Positions 25,747-39,969 of a stretch of 64,000 nucleotides of DNA are shown here, piece after piece. Under the pieces are notes generated by a model. It was given only the letters and a program-made list of their open reading frames with translations. It was not told the DNA's origin and did not search any database. Each line of letters opens with the position of its first letter. The stretch's first letter is position 1. Made by a program: the position numbers and the translations under genes. The stretch is from Candidatus Stammera capleta (GTDB taxonomy: Bacteria; Pseudomonadota; Gammaproteobacteria; Enterobacterales; Enterobacteriaceae), in the NCBI GenBank assembly GCA_036689335.1, contig CP144796.1, positions 10,338-74,337 of the forward strand. The letters are read 5' to 3'.

Positions 25747-27417
25747 ATGAATATTAAATTTTTACCTGAGGAAACTATTAGAAGAATTTCTGCGGGAGAA
25801 TTTCTTAATAGTCCCTCTTGTGTTTTAAAGGAATTAATAGAAAATAGTTTAGATGCTAAACCTACTCTTATTAGGATAGAAATTTTGAATAGTGGTTTAG
25901 ATTTAATTAAGGTTATTGATAATGGTATTGGTATAAATAAAAATGATTTATTATTATCTATTAAGAGATATTCAACTAGTAAAATATATTTTTTTAGTGA
26001 TTTATTAAATTTAAATAGTTTTGGTTTTAGAGGTATGGCTCTATCTTGTATAAGTTATATATCTAATTTTAGTATTTCTTCTAAATCTATTAATAGTAAT
26101 GATAATTATGGTTGATTATTATTTAATAGTTTTATTAAAGATAAAATTTCTTTTTTAATTGAACCTGTAAAACATAATTTTGGTACTATTGTAAATGTTA
26201 AAAATATTTTTTTTAATTATCCTTTAAAAAGAAGGGAATTATTTTTTTTAATTAGAAATCAGTTTTTTTTGATTAAAAAAATAATAAGTTATTTTGTTTT
26301 ATCTAATTATAAAATTAATTTTTTATTTTATAAAGAAAACAAATTATATAAAAAATATATTAATAAATCTCATAAAGATAAAGTTAATATTTTAGAACGT
26401 ATTAATAATATATATGGAAAAAATTTTTATAGAAAAAGTATTTATTTAAATATAAAAGACAAATATATATCTTTTTGTGGATATGTTTTTTTAAATATTA
26501 AATTTAAAAATATTAAAATTATTTTTTTGAATAATAGAATTATTTCTACTGAAAATTTATTGTATTCAATAGTTAATAATTTTTTTTTAAATTTTTTTCA
26601 TAAAGATACTTTTTTTTCTTATATATTATTTTTTTATACTGAAAGTAAAAATTTTAATATAAATATATGTCCCAGTAAAACTAAAATATTATTTTTAAAT
26701 TCATGTCTTATTTTTAGTAAAATATATAATAATTTATCTTTATTTTTTAAAAAAAAAAAAAAAAATAAATTTATTAAAAATAATAGTTACTTAATTAAAA
26801 AATTAAGTTCAAATAATTTTATTTTTAATAATTATTTACATTATTTTTTAATTTATTTTGGTAATATAATTAATATATTTAATCATCGTTTTGTTTTTTC
26901 TGTAAAAAAAAATGGTTTATTAATAGTTTCAGATTTATTATATGTTTTTTATTATATGTATATGTTGATTTTAAAAGAAAAATTTTTTTTTTTAATTAAA
27001 AAAGTTAAAATTAAAAAAATTAAATTATTTTTTAATAAAAAATATTTTATAAATTTTAATAATATTATAAATATTTTAAACATTTTAGGTATAGATATAT
27101 ATTATAAAAAGAATTATTTTTTAATAACTAGTTTACCTATTGAATTTTTAAATATTAATTTTAAAAATTTTTTTTTATCTTTTATAATTTTTTTAAACAA
27201 AATAGGAAAAAAAAAAAATTCTTCTAAAATAATTATTTATTGGTTATCTAATTATATTATTACTTATAGTGAATTAAATAATTATAATGTTATGAAATTA
27301 ATATATAAATTTCATAGTTGTTATTTAAAATTTCAATTTAAATTTAAAAAAAAAATTTTTTACTTTTTAAATTTTAATAAATTATATTTGTATTATTTTA
27401 ATAATTTATGCTTATAA
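25747..27417 (+). CDS. mutL: DNA mismatch repair protein MutL (conserved N-terminal ATPase, highly eroded C-terminal half)
   Basis: MNIKFLPEETIRRISAGE...VLKELIENSLDA..IKVIDNGIGI..FGFRGMAL..FGTIVNVKNIFFNYPLKRR. One TGA at 26113-26115 joins the two track ORFs. The C-terminal ~380 aa is F/N/K/I/Y-rich. Confidence 0.85.
26749..26765 (+). repeat. A17 homopolymer inside mutL (encodes KKKKKN)
   Basis: Direct count: a26749-a26765. In frame within the mutL ORF. Confidence 0.95.
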
Positions 27418-28358
27418 AAAATGATATTTCAAAAATTTTCTGTATTTTAGGTCCAACTGGTATAGGGAAAAGTTATATAGCAATGGAATTAAGTAAAATT
27501 CTTCCTGTGGAAATTATTAGTGTAGATTCTGGTTTAATATATAGAGATTTAAATATTGGTACAGCTAAACCTAGTAAATTAGAATTAAAATATTTTCCTC
27601 ATAGATTAGTTAATATTATTAATCCTAATGATTTTTATTCAGTAAAAAATTTTATTTTAGATTTGATAAAAGAATTATATGATATTATTTACATTAAAAA
27701 AAAAGTACCTTTATTAGTTGGAGGTACTATGATGTATTTTAATGTTTTATTTAATGGATTATATTTATTACCTGAATCTAATTATAAAATACGTAATTAT
27801 ATAAATTTTTTATTTTCTAAATATGGTAGTGATTTTATTTTAAATATTTTAAGAGTAATTGATTTTATTTCATATAAAAAAATTCATTTTAATGATAAAT
27901 ATAGAATTATACGTAATTTAGAAGTTTTTTTAACTACTGGAAAAAATATTTCATATTTTAAAAGACATAGAAAATTGATTTTAAATTTTGATATATATAA
28001 AATTATTATTATACCTAATGATAAAAATAATTTAGTAACTTTAGTTAAAAATAGATTTTATAATATGTTATATCTAGGTTTAGAAGATGAGGTGTTTAAT
28101 TTATATTTACGAAATGATTTAAATTTAAATAGTTCTTTTATGAAATGTATTGGATATAAACAAATGTGATTATATATTGATAAAAAAATTTCTTATTCAG
28201 AAATGATAGAAAATACTATTCGTAGTACGTTATATTTAATAAAAAAACAATTGATTTGATTAAGAAAATGAACTAATAGTTTTATAATTAAAAATAATGA
28301 TTGTAAAAAAAAAGTTATTGATATTTTCAATTATATTAAAAAAATAATTAATTATTAA
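27408..28358 (+). CDS. miaA: tRNA dimethylallyltransferase MiaA
   Basis: ..FCILGPTGIGKSYIAMELS..VEIISVDSGLIYRDLNIGTAKPS. The frame continues through three TGA to TAA 28356-28358. Overlaps the mutL 3' end by 10 nt. Confidence 0.9.
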
Positions 28359-28368
28359 GGGTGTTTAT

Positions 28369-29658
28369 TTGTTTGATTTTAAGAAAATAGAAAAAGTTTT
28401 AGGAATATATATATATTTTAATAAAAAAAATATTATTAATAAAAATGAATTTAAAAAATTAATTTTTTCTGCTGGTTTTTATATAGATAAATTATTAGAA
28501 ATAAATATTAGATATCCTAATAAAAAATATTTTTTAGGTTTAGGTAAAATTAAAGAAATTATTTTAATTATTAAAAAATTTAATTTTTCTAAAATAATAA
28601 TCAATTTAGTTCTTAAGAGTACTCAAGAATATAATTTAAAAAAAATATTTAAATGTTACATTTTAAATAGAACTAATTTAATATTAGATATATTTAAAAA
28701 TAGAGCTGTAACTAATTATGGAAAACTTCAAGTAGAATTAGCTTATTTAAATTATTTAAGCACTCGTTTAATTAAAAGATGAGATCATTTAGAACGTCAA
28801 AAAGGAGGAACTAAAAATATTTCTGGTCCAGGAGAAACACAAATTGAAATTGATAGAAGATTAATAAAAAAGAGAATAAAATTTATAAATAAAAAAATAT
28901 TAAAAATAACTAATCAAAAAAGTAGTAATATTAAATTTAGAAATAAATATAATATTCCTATAGTTTCTTTAGTTGGTTATACTAATTCTGGAAAATCAAC
29001 ATTATTTAATTTATTAACTAATTCTAATTTAGAATTAGGTGATAGTTATTTTTCTACTTTAGATACTTATATTAGAAAAATTAATATTTTTAAATTTAAT
29101 TCTAATGTTTTAGTTTCTGATACTATAGGTTTTATAAGAAATTTACCTAAAAATATTAAAAGTGCTTTTAAAGGAACTTTAAGTGAAATTTCTTATTCTC
29201 ATCTTATATTACATATTATTGATGTATCTAATTTATATTTTAAAAATTATATTGATGTTGTTAATTCTATATTGGATGATTTAAATATAAATAATTCTAT
29301 ACCTATAGTACAGGTAATGAATAAAATAGATAAAATTAAAAAATATAATATTAAAATAGATTTTAAAGATAATCTACCTATTAGAATATGAATATCTGCT
29401 AAGAAAAGAATTGGTATAAATTTTATATATACATTAATTAATTTTTATTTATTTTCTGATAGAAGAAAATATTTATTATGTATTCCTTTAAAATTTTCTA
29501 TTTTTATAAGAAATATTTTATATAAAAATAATATTTTATTTAAAGAATGGAGCAAAGATGGTAAGTTATTTTATTTTGATATTTTAGTTTCTAAAGTAAG
29601 ATTTTTATATATTTTAAAAAAGTATTCTTATATAGAAAAATATTTAATTAATAAATAA
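28369..29658 (+). CDS. hflX: GTPase HflX
   Basis: TTG start is inferred, as there is no in-frame ATG near the 5' end. ..LQVELAYLNYL.TRL...W.HLERQKGG....GPGETQIEIDRR.., G1 GYTNSGKSTLFN, DTIGFI and NKID are present. TGA=Trp at 28780-28782 and 29390-29392. Confidence 0.88.
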
Positions 29659-29662
29659 TTTT

Positions 29663-30409
29663 ATGAAAAAAAAATATAAATATTTTTATGGTTTTAATAC
29701 TATTAAAAATTTAATTAAATTTAAATCTAATTATATTAAAAAAATTTTTTTAATAAAAAAAAACTCTCAAAGATTTTTAGAAATTAAAAAATTAGTTATT
29801 TTAAATAATATTTCTTATAAAGTAGTTTATAATTTTTCTTTTAAAAATATAAATTATGTAAAACATCAAGGGTTTATAGCTTTTATAAAAAAAAAAATGT
29901 TTTTTAATAGTATGGAAAATTTTATAGATTTAATACATAAAAAAAAAAAACATTTTTTTTTAATTTTAGATAGTATTGATAATCCAAATAATTTAGGTTC
30001 TTGTATTCGAACTGCTGTAGCAGCTAATATAGATGCTATAATTTTAAGTAAACATAATTCTGTTTCTATAGAAAATAATATTGTGCATAAAGTATCTACA
30101 GGTTCTATTTATAAGATATTTATTATTATTGTAAATAATATTGCAAATATAATAAATTTATTAAATAAATATAATTTTTTTATTTTTGGTACTGATATAA
30201 ATTCTAAAACAAGTATTTATAAAATTAATTTTAATAAATATAATTCTATAGCTATTATTTTAGGTTCAGAAAAAAGTGGAATAAGAAAAAAAATTAAGGA
30301 AAAATGTAATTTTTTGTTTAAAATACCTACTAAAAATGTTAATTCTTTAAATGTTTCTGTATCATCTGGAATTATAATTTTTGAAATTATAAGGCAAAAA
30401 AATTTATAA
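29663..30409 (+). CDS. rlmB: SpoU-family 23S rRNA 2'-O-methyltransferase (RlmB-like)
   Basis: 248 aa, YGFNTIKNLI.. N-terminus. SpoU motifs LILDSIDNPNNLGSCIRTA, ILGSEKSGI and SLNVSVSSGIIIFE. Confidence 0.8.
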   Translation: MKKKYKYFYGFNTIKNLIKFKSNYIKKIFLIKKNSQRFLEIKKLVILNNISYKVVYNFSFKNINYVKHQGFIAFIKKKMFFNSMENFIDLIHKKKKHFFLILDSIDNPNNLGSCIRTAVAANIDAIILSKHNSVSIENNIVHKVSTGSIYKIFIIIVNNIANIINLLNKYNFFIFGTDINSKTSIYKINFNKYNSIAIILGSEKSGIRKKIKEKCNFLFKIPTKNVNSLNVSVSSGIIIFEIIRQKNL

Positions 30410-31348
30410 TATTTTTCCTGGAATAAATAATGAAGGTTTAGAATTAATTAGTTGAGATATTTTTATTTTTTTGCAGTTATTTAACTGTATTTCAGTTATT
30501 ATAAGAGAAAAAGATTTTTTAGTAAATATTTTTAATCCTTTTTTATTATATTTTAATATTTCACCAGGTATAAAATTTTTATTGTTAATTTTTTTTATTT
30601 TAACTGATCATATAAATATAGTGTATTTTTTATAAAAAAAATATGTTTTAGGTCATATATGAAAAGCTCTGATTTTTCTTTCTATATCTAAAGCTGTATC
30701 TTTTTTTCAGTTTATCAATCCTTCTTTTTTATTTATTTTATTTGCATATGTAATATATTTTTTATTTTGTTTTAATGTAATATAATTATTACGTGATATT
30801 TTTTTTAATAAAATTGGTAATTTATTTGCACCTATTTTTTTAAGTATATTATGTAATTTTTTGTAAGTATATTTTTTTTTTATTAAACATTTTTTTTGAT
30901 ATATTATTTCTCCTCCATCAATAATTTTATTCATTTTTATAAATGTTATACCAGAAAATTTATCTCCAGATAATATAGATTTTTGTATTGGTGATGCTCC
31001 TCTTCATCTTGGTAAAAGAGATGCATGTAAATTTATACAACCTAATTTAGGTATATTTAGAATTTTTTTTGGTATTATAAAACCATAAGCTACTGTAATT
31101 ATTATATCTATATTTAATTTTTTAAATATGTTTTTAAATTTTTTTAATTCTTTTATAGATTTAGGTTGAAAGATATTTAATTTATTTTTTATAGATATTT
31201 TTTCAACTGGATTAATATTATTTTTTTTTTTTTTTTTAGTTACTACTCCTAATATTTTATGTTTAGTATTTTTAATAATATTTTTAAGTTGAAATGAAGC
31301 AAATTCAGGTGTACCAAAAAATAATATTTTCAAATTTTTATTATTCAT
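30404..31348 (-). CDS. fmt: Methionyl-tRNA formyltransferase
   Basis: MNNKNLKILFFGTPEFA....L....[23 protein letters not shown].GD. Single frame with about 4 TGA=Trp. Downstream of def. Its 3' end overlaps the rlmB 3' end by 6 nt. Confidence 0.9.
31221..31237 (-). repeat. A17 homopolymer (minus strand) inside fmt (encodes KKKKKN)
   Basis: Direct count of 17 T on the plus strand, in frame within fmt. Confidence 0.95.
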
Positions 31349-31355
31349 ATTTATT

Positions 31356-31799
31356 TTATATATAATCTATAAATAATTTTCCTTTAATATGATCTATTTC
31401 ATGTTGTATACATACAGATAATAATCCTTTAGTTTTTAAAGTAATTTTTTTTCCATTTATATTTCTAGCAATTAAATATAGAAAATTAAATCTTTTAATA
31501 TAATAAAAAAAATTAGGTATAGATAAACATCCTTCTTGTGTTTCAATTGTTCCTTCTTTCTGAATAATTTGTGGATTTATTAATAATAAACCTTCATTTT
31601 TTTTTTTAGTTATATTTATTACTATTATAGATTTGTTAATATTTGTTTGTATAGCTGCCAAACCTATTCCTTTATAAAAATACATAGTTTCAAACATATT
31701 AGAAACTATATTTTTTAAATTTTTATCAAATTTTATTACCTTTTTGGTTTTTTGACGTAATTTTTTATTGGGATATATTAATATTTTTAAGATTGACAT
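31356..31799 (-). CDS. def: Peptide deformylase
   Basis: 147 aa with GIGLAAIQ, EGCLSIP and HEIDHIKGKLF motifs. Confidence 0.95.
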   Translation of the reverse strand: MSILKILIYPNKKLRQKTKKVIKFDKNLKNIVSNMFETMYFYKGIGLAAIQTNINKSIIVINITKKKNEGLLLINPQIIQKEGTIETQEGCLSIPNFFYYIKRFNFLYLIARNINGKKITLKTKGLLSVCIQHEIDHIKGKLFIDYI

Positions 31800-31834
31800 G
31801 TATTTATTTATTTAAATGTAAAAAAAATAAGATA

Positions 31835-31922
31835 TACCCAAGGCGGGATTTGAACCCGCAAGATTATTATTATAATCGAGGGATTTTAAGTCCCTTGTGT
31901 CTACCTGTTTCACCACTCGGGT
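31835..31922 (-). tRNA. tRNA-Leu (anticodon UAA)
   Basis: Long-variable-arm tRNA with acceptor ACCCGAG/CTTGGGT and anticodon loop CTTAAAA. cysT-leuZ-like pairing with the neighbouring tRNA-Cys. Confidence 0.88.
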
Positions 31923-31935
31923 ATTTTTTATTTAA

Positions 31936-32006
31936 AAGCGTGTCCCGGAATTGAACCGGGATATATGGGTTTGCAATCCACTGCATTACCTTTCTGCCAA
32001 CACGCT
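31936..32006 (-). tRNA. tRNA-Cys (anticodon GCA)
   Basis: Acceptor AGCGTGT/ACACGCT with a U discriminator, anticodon loop TTGCAAA, T-arm CCGGTTCAATTCCGG. Confidence 0.88.
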
Positions 32007-32323
32007 ATATATTATTATATATTAATATGATATTAATAAAAAATATTTTTTATTATTATTTAATTTAATAAACTAATGTTAAAATTTATTTAAGTATTGA
32101 TCTTAATTAATAAAATGTAGTAATATATGGTATTTGCTGTATTTATTTATTAATTTAATTTAAAATTTATTCACTAATATTTATATCATAAATAATACAT
32201 ATTTTAAAGTATTAATTAATTTAATTTTATTTAAAATTATAAATTTAAATTTAATATTATTATATTTATTTTTTGTTTTATAATTTTGTAATTTTTATTG
32301 AAATATTATTTTAGGTAAATTAA

Positions 32324-32689
32324 ATGTCTACTATTAATCAATTAGTACGTAAATCTAGAGTACGTAAAATATTTAAAAATAATGTACCTGCTTTGGCAGG
32401 GTGTCCTCAAAAGAGAGGTGTTTGTATCAAAGTATACACTACAACTCCTAAAAAACCTAATTCTGCTTTAAGAAAAGTTTGTAGAGTACGTTTAACAAAT
32501 AATTTAGAAGTTACTGCTTATATACCTGGTGAAGGTCATAATTTACAAGAACATTCTGTTGTTCTTATTAGAGGTGGTAGAGTAAAAGATTTACCTGGAG
32601 TACGTTATCATGTAATTAGAGGTACATTAGATTGTTCTGGAGTAAAAGGAAGAAAAACATCTCGTTCTAAATATGGTGTTAAGAAATAA
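32324..32689 (+). CDS. rpsL: 30S ribosomal protein S12
   Basis: [11 protein letters not shown]......[36 protein letters not shown] is highly conserved. Confidence 0.98.
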   Translation: MSTINQLVRKSRVRKIFKNNVPALAGCPQKRGVCIKVYTTTPKKPNSALRKVCRVRLTNNLEVTAYIPGEGHNLQEHSVVLIRGGRVKDLPGVRYHVIRGTLDCSGVKGRKTSRSKYGVKK

Positions 32690-32714
32690 TTTAATTTAAT
32701 ATATAGGAGTTTTT

Positions 32715-33185
32715 ATGTCACGTCGTAAGAGAATAAATAATCGTATTATAATTCCTGATTATATTTATAATTCAGAATTAGTTATGAAATTTATTAATCT
32801 ACTTATGTTAAATGGTAAAAAATCTATTGCAGAAAATATTTTATATACTTCTTTAAATATATTAGAAAAAAAAATTAAAAAGGATAAATTAGATTCATTA
32901 GAATTAGCTATTAATAATGTTAAACCTATTGTAGAAGTTAAATCTCGTAGGGTTGGAGGTACTACTTATCAGATACCTGTAGAAGTTAGACCTAAAAGAA
33001 GTAATACTTTAGCTATACGTTGAATTATATTATCAGCTAAAAAAAGATCTAAAAAAAAAATGTTTTTAAAATTAGCTGAAGAATTACTAGATGCTATTAA
33101 TAAAAAAGGATTTGCTATTAAAAAACGTGATGAAACACATCGTATAGCAGAATCTAATAAAGCATTTGCTCATTATAGATGATAA
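32715..33185 (+). CDS. rpsG: 30S ribosomal protein S7
   Basis: Track ORF 32715-33023 continues through TGA (33021-33023) to ..[11 protein letters not shown] with TGA 33180-33182 then TAA. AGGAG Shine-Dalgarno upstream. Confidence 0.95.
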
Positions 33186-33211
33186 TTGTAAATTTTATTT
33201 GGTAAATATAT

Positions 33212-35341
<2,130 letters not shown>

Positions 35342-35375
35342 TTTAATTTTAATATTAATAATTTAAGGTGTATTT

Positions 35376-36560
35376 ATGTCAAAAGAAAAATTTAAACGTT
35401 CTAAAGTTCATTTAAATGTTGGAACAATAGGACATGTTGATCATGGAAAAACTACTTTAACTTCTGCTATTACTACTGTTTTAGCAAAAAAATTTGGTGG
35501 TAAACCTTGTGCTTTCGAACAAATTGATAATGCTCCTGAAGAAAAAGCTAGAGGTATTACAATTAATACTTCTCATGTTGAATATGATACTTCTAAAAGG
35601 CATTATGCTCATGTTGATTGTCCTGGTCATGCTGATTATATCAAAAATATGATTACTGGTGCAGCTCAAATGGATGGAGCAATTTTAGTAGTTGCTGCTA
35701 CAGATGGTCCTATGCCTCAAACTAGAGAACATATTTTATTAGCTCGTCAAGTTGGTGTTCCTTATATAGTCGTTTTTTTAAATAAATGTGATATGGTAGA
35801 TGATGAGGAATTGTTGGAATTAGTAGAAATGGAAGTTAAAGATATATTAACTCAATATAATTTTCCTGGTGATAAAACTCCTATTATAAGAGGTTCGGCG
35901 TTAAAAGCATTAGAAGGAAATATTAAATGAGAAGATAAAATTTTTGATTTAGCAAATTGTTTAGATAATTATATACCTGATCCAAAAAGAAATATTGATC
36001 ATCCATTTTTATTACCTATAGAAGATATTTTTTCTATTTCTGGTAGAGGAACAGTAGTAACTGGTAGAATAGATCAAGGTTTAATAAAAGTAGGTGATGA
36101 AGTAGAAATAGTGGGTATAAAAAATACTCAAAAATCTGTATGTACTGGTATTGAAATGTTTCGTAAGTTGTTAGATGAAGGTAGAGCTGGTGAAAATGTA
36201 GGTATTTTATTAAGAGGTATTAAGAGAGAAGATATTGTAAGAGGTCAAGTTTTAGCTAAACCTGGTAGTATTAATCCTCATACTTATTTTGAATCTGAAG
36301 TTTATGTTTTATCTAAAGAAGAAGGTGGAAGACATACTCCTTTTTTAAATGGTTATCGTCCTCAATTTTATTTTAGAACTACAGATGTTACAGGAACAAT
36401 AAATTTACCTAAAGATGTAGAGATGGTTATACCTGGTGATAATATCAAAATTTCTGTAAAATTATTTAGTCCTATAGCTATGGATGAAGGATTAAGATTT
36501 GCTATTAGAGAAGGTGGTCGTACAGTTGGAGCTGGTATAGTTAGTAAAATTTTATCTTAA
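35376..36560 (+). CDS. tuf: Elongation factor Tu
   Basis: [29 protein letters not shown]... Two track ORFs in one frame joined by TGA 35928-35930. Near-identical to E. coli EF-Tu. Confidence 0.98.
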
Positions 36561-36583
36561 AATTTTAATTTAGTAGGTTATAA

Positions 36584-36895
36584 ATGATTAATCAAAGAAT
36601 AAGAATTAAATTAAAAGCTTTTGATCATCGTTTAATAGATATTTCTACATTAGAAATAGTAGAAACTGCTAAAAAAACTGGAGCTCAAGTTAGGGGTCCT
36701 ATACCTTTACCTACTTCTATTGAACGTTTCACTATTTTAGTTTCTCCCCATGTAGATAAAGATGCTAGAGATCAATATGAAATTAGAACACATAAACGTT
36801 TAATTGATATTGTTAAACCTACGGAGAGAACTGTTGATGCTCTTATGAAATTAAATTTGGCTTCTGGTGTTGATGTACAAATTAGTTTAGGTTAA
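36584..36895 (+). CDS. rpsJ: 30S ribosomal protein S10
   Basis: 103 aa, [14 protein letters not shown]......[20 protein letters not shown]. Confidence 0.97.
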   Translation: MINQRIRIKLKAFDHRLIDISTLEIVETAKKTGAQVRGPIPLPTSIERFTILVSPHVDKDARDQYEIRTHKRLIDIVKPTERTVDALMKLNLASGVDVQISLG

Positions 36896-36899
36896 ATTT

Positions 36900-37526
36900 A
36901 TGATTGTATTAATAGGTAGTAAAGTTGGAATGACAAAAATATTTGATAAAAATGGTGTATTTTTTCCTGTTACAGTAATAGAAATTAAAAGAAATATTAT
37001 TACTTTAATAAAAAAAAATAACGGTAAATATATAACTCAATTAACTACTGGTAGTTTAAATATTAAAAAAGTTAATAAACCTAAATTAGGTTTTTTTAAT
37101 AAAATAAATATTAAGCCTGGAGTTGGTTTATGAGAAGTACCGTATGTTAAAAAATTACATTTACGTGTAGGTCAATTTTTAGATGTAAATTTATTTAAAA
37201 ATATTAAAAAAGTTGATGTTATTGGTATAACTAAAGGTAAAGGTTTTACTGGTACTATTAAAAGATGAAATTTTAGTTCTCAAGATAGTACTCATGGTAA
37301 TTCTTTATCTCATAGAGTTCCTGGTTCTATAGGTCAAAATCAAACTCCAGGTAAAGTGTTTAAAGGAAAAAAAATGTGTGGTCATTTAGGTAACAGTAGA
37401 AATACAGTTCAAAATTTAGATATTATAAAAATATATAGTAAAAAAAATATTTTACTTATTCGTGGATCTGTTCCTGGTTACAATGGTAATAGATTAATTA
37501 TTAGATCGTCAATTAAACAAAATTAA
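36900..37526 (+). CDS. rplC: 50S ribosomal protein L3
   Basis: The frame continues through TGA (37131-37133 and one more): ..[48 protein letters not shown]. Confidence 0.95.
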
Positions 37527-37533
37527 TAATTTT

Positions 37534-38142
37534 ATGGCTAATATTTTATTAAAAGATACTAATAAAAATATATTATTATCTGATGATGTTTTTAAAGTTA
37601 ACTTAAATATTTCTTTGTTACATCAAGTTGTTATTGCTTATCAAAAAAATTGTCGTAAAGGTAATGTATCTCAAAAATCTAGATCTGATGTTTCAGGATC
37701 AAATAGAAAACCCTGAAGACAAAAAGGAACTGGTAGAGCCAGAGCTGGTTCTTATAAAAGTCCTATATGACGTTCTGGTGGAGTTACTTTTGCTAAAAAA
37801 CCTAAGAAATATTTTTGTAAAGTAAATAAAAAAATGTATAATAAAGCATTTAAAATTGTTTTATCTAATTTATATAAAGAATCTAAATTATATATTTTAC
37901 ATGATTTTTATATTTCTTTACCTAAAACAAAAATTTTATTAGATAAAATAAAATCATGGGGTTTTAAAAAACTTTTAATTATTATAAAAAAATGAGATAG
38001 AAATTTATTTTTAGCTTCACGTAATTTATATAATATACGTATATGTAATGTTAGTAATGTTAATATTATTGATTTTTTAAATTTTAAAAATGTAATTTTT
38101 ACTGTTTCTTCTATTAGATATTTAGAGGATAAATTAAGTTAA
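37534..38142 (+). CDS. rplD: 50S ribosomal protein L4
   Basis: ..SGSNRKPWRQKGTGRARAGS..SPIWRSGGVTFA. 3 TGA=Trp. TAA 38140-38142 overlaps the rplW ATG by 1 nt. Confidence 0.94.
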
Positions 38143-38447
38143 TGAATAATAAATTAAATTATTTTAATTTTTTAAAAAAACCTTATTTTTCAGAAAAAAC
38201 TAATTTTTTATTAAATAAGAACAGAACGTTAGTTTTTAAAGTATGTAAAGATATTAATAAAATAGATATTTCTTTAGCAATTAAAAAAATATTTAATTTT
38301 AAGATATATAAAATTAGGACTTTATGAGTTAAAAATAAGAAAAAAAAAAAGAAAAATGGAGTTTTAAGTTGCACAAAAAGATGAAAAAAAGTTTATGTAA
38401 TTTTAAAGAAAAATCAGGATATTAATTTAAATAATTTATTTAAATAA
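38142..38447 (+). CDS. rplW: 50S ribosomal protein L23
   Basis: ..[10 protein letters not shown]......N.LVFKV...[13 protein letters not shown]. Continues through 2 TGA to TAA 38445-38447. Order is L4-L23-L2. Confidence 0.9.
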
Positions 38448-38464
38448 ATTTATATAGGTCTAAT

Positions 38465-39289
<825 letters not shown>

Positions 39290-39309
39290 TTTAGGTATAA
39301 ATAAATAAT

Positions 39310-39591
39310 ATGTCTCGTTCTTTTAAAAAAGGTCCATTTATTGATATTCATTTATTTAATAAAGTGGAAAAAATGGTTAAATTAAAAGATAAAAAACCTA
39401 TTCGTACATGATCTAGAAGATCTACTATATTGCCTAATATGATTGGATTAACTATTTTAGTTCATAATGGTAGACGTCATATTCCGGTTTATATTACAGA
39501 AGATATGGTTGGTCATAAATTAGGTGAATTTTCTCCTACTAGAACTTATAGAGGGCATTTATCTTCTGATAGAAAAATTAAAAAAGATTAA
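39310..39591 (+). CDS. rpsS: 30S ribosomal protein S19
   Basis: [65 protein letters not shown]. One TGA=Trp. Missed by the standard-code track. Confidence 0.96.
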
Positions 39592-39613
39592 TATTAATTT
39601 TATTTTAAATTAT

Positions 39614-39946
39614 ATGGAAATTTTTGCTAAATATCGTTATGTTAAATCATCTTCTCAAAAATTAAGATTAGTAGCTAATTTAATTAGAGGAAAAAATGTT
39701 AATTTAGCATTAAATATATTGAATTTTACTAATAAAAAGGCAGCTGTTTTGATTAGAAAAGTGTTAAAATCTGCTTTATTTAATGCTATTAATAATAAAG
39801 GTATGCAAAGAGATATTTTAAAGATATCTAAAATTTATATTGATAAGGCTACTTTAATAAAACGTATTTTTCCTAGAGCGAAAGGAAGAGTAAATTATAT
39901 TTCAAAGCGTACTAGTCATATTACTGTTTTTGTTTCTGATATATAA
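39614..39946 (+). CDS. rplV: 50S ribosomal protein L22
   Basis: [42 protein letters not shown]. Internal ATG of track ORF 39524-39946. Confidence 0.93.
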   Translation: MEIFAKYRYVKSSSQKLRLVANLIRGKNVNLALNILNFTNKKAAVLIRKVLKSALFNAINNKGMQRDILKISKIYIDKATLIKRIFPRAKGRVNYISKRTSHITVFVSDI

Positions 39947-39969
39947 TAATATTATTATAGGAGGATAAT

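Noticed and set aside
32097-32126. A sigma-70-like promoter upstream of rpsL (TTGATC, 18-nt spacer, TAATAT), and a similar TTGTTT-N17-TATATT upstream of the 16S leader (about 18816-18845).
   Set aside because: In DNA that is more than 85% A+T, -10-like and -35-like hexamers occur by chance every few dozen bases. Without transcript 5'-end data these are not supportable as features.
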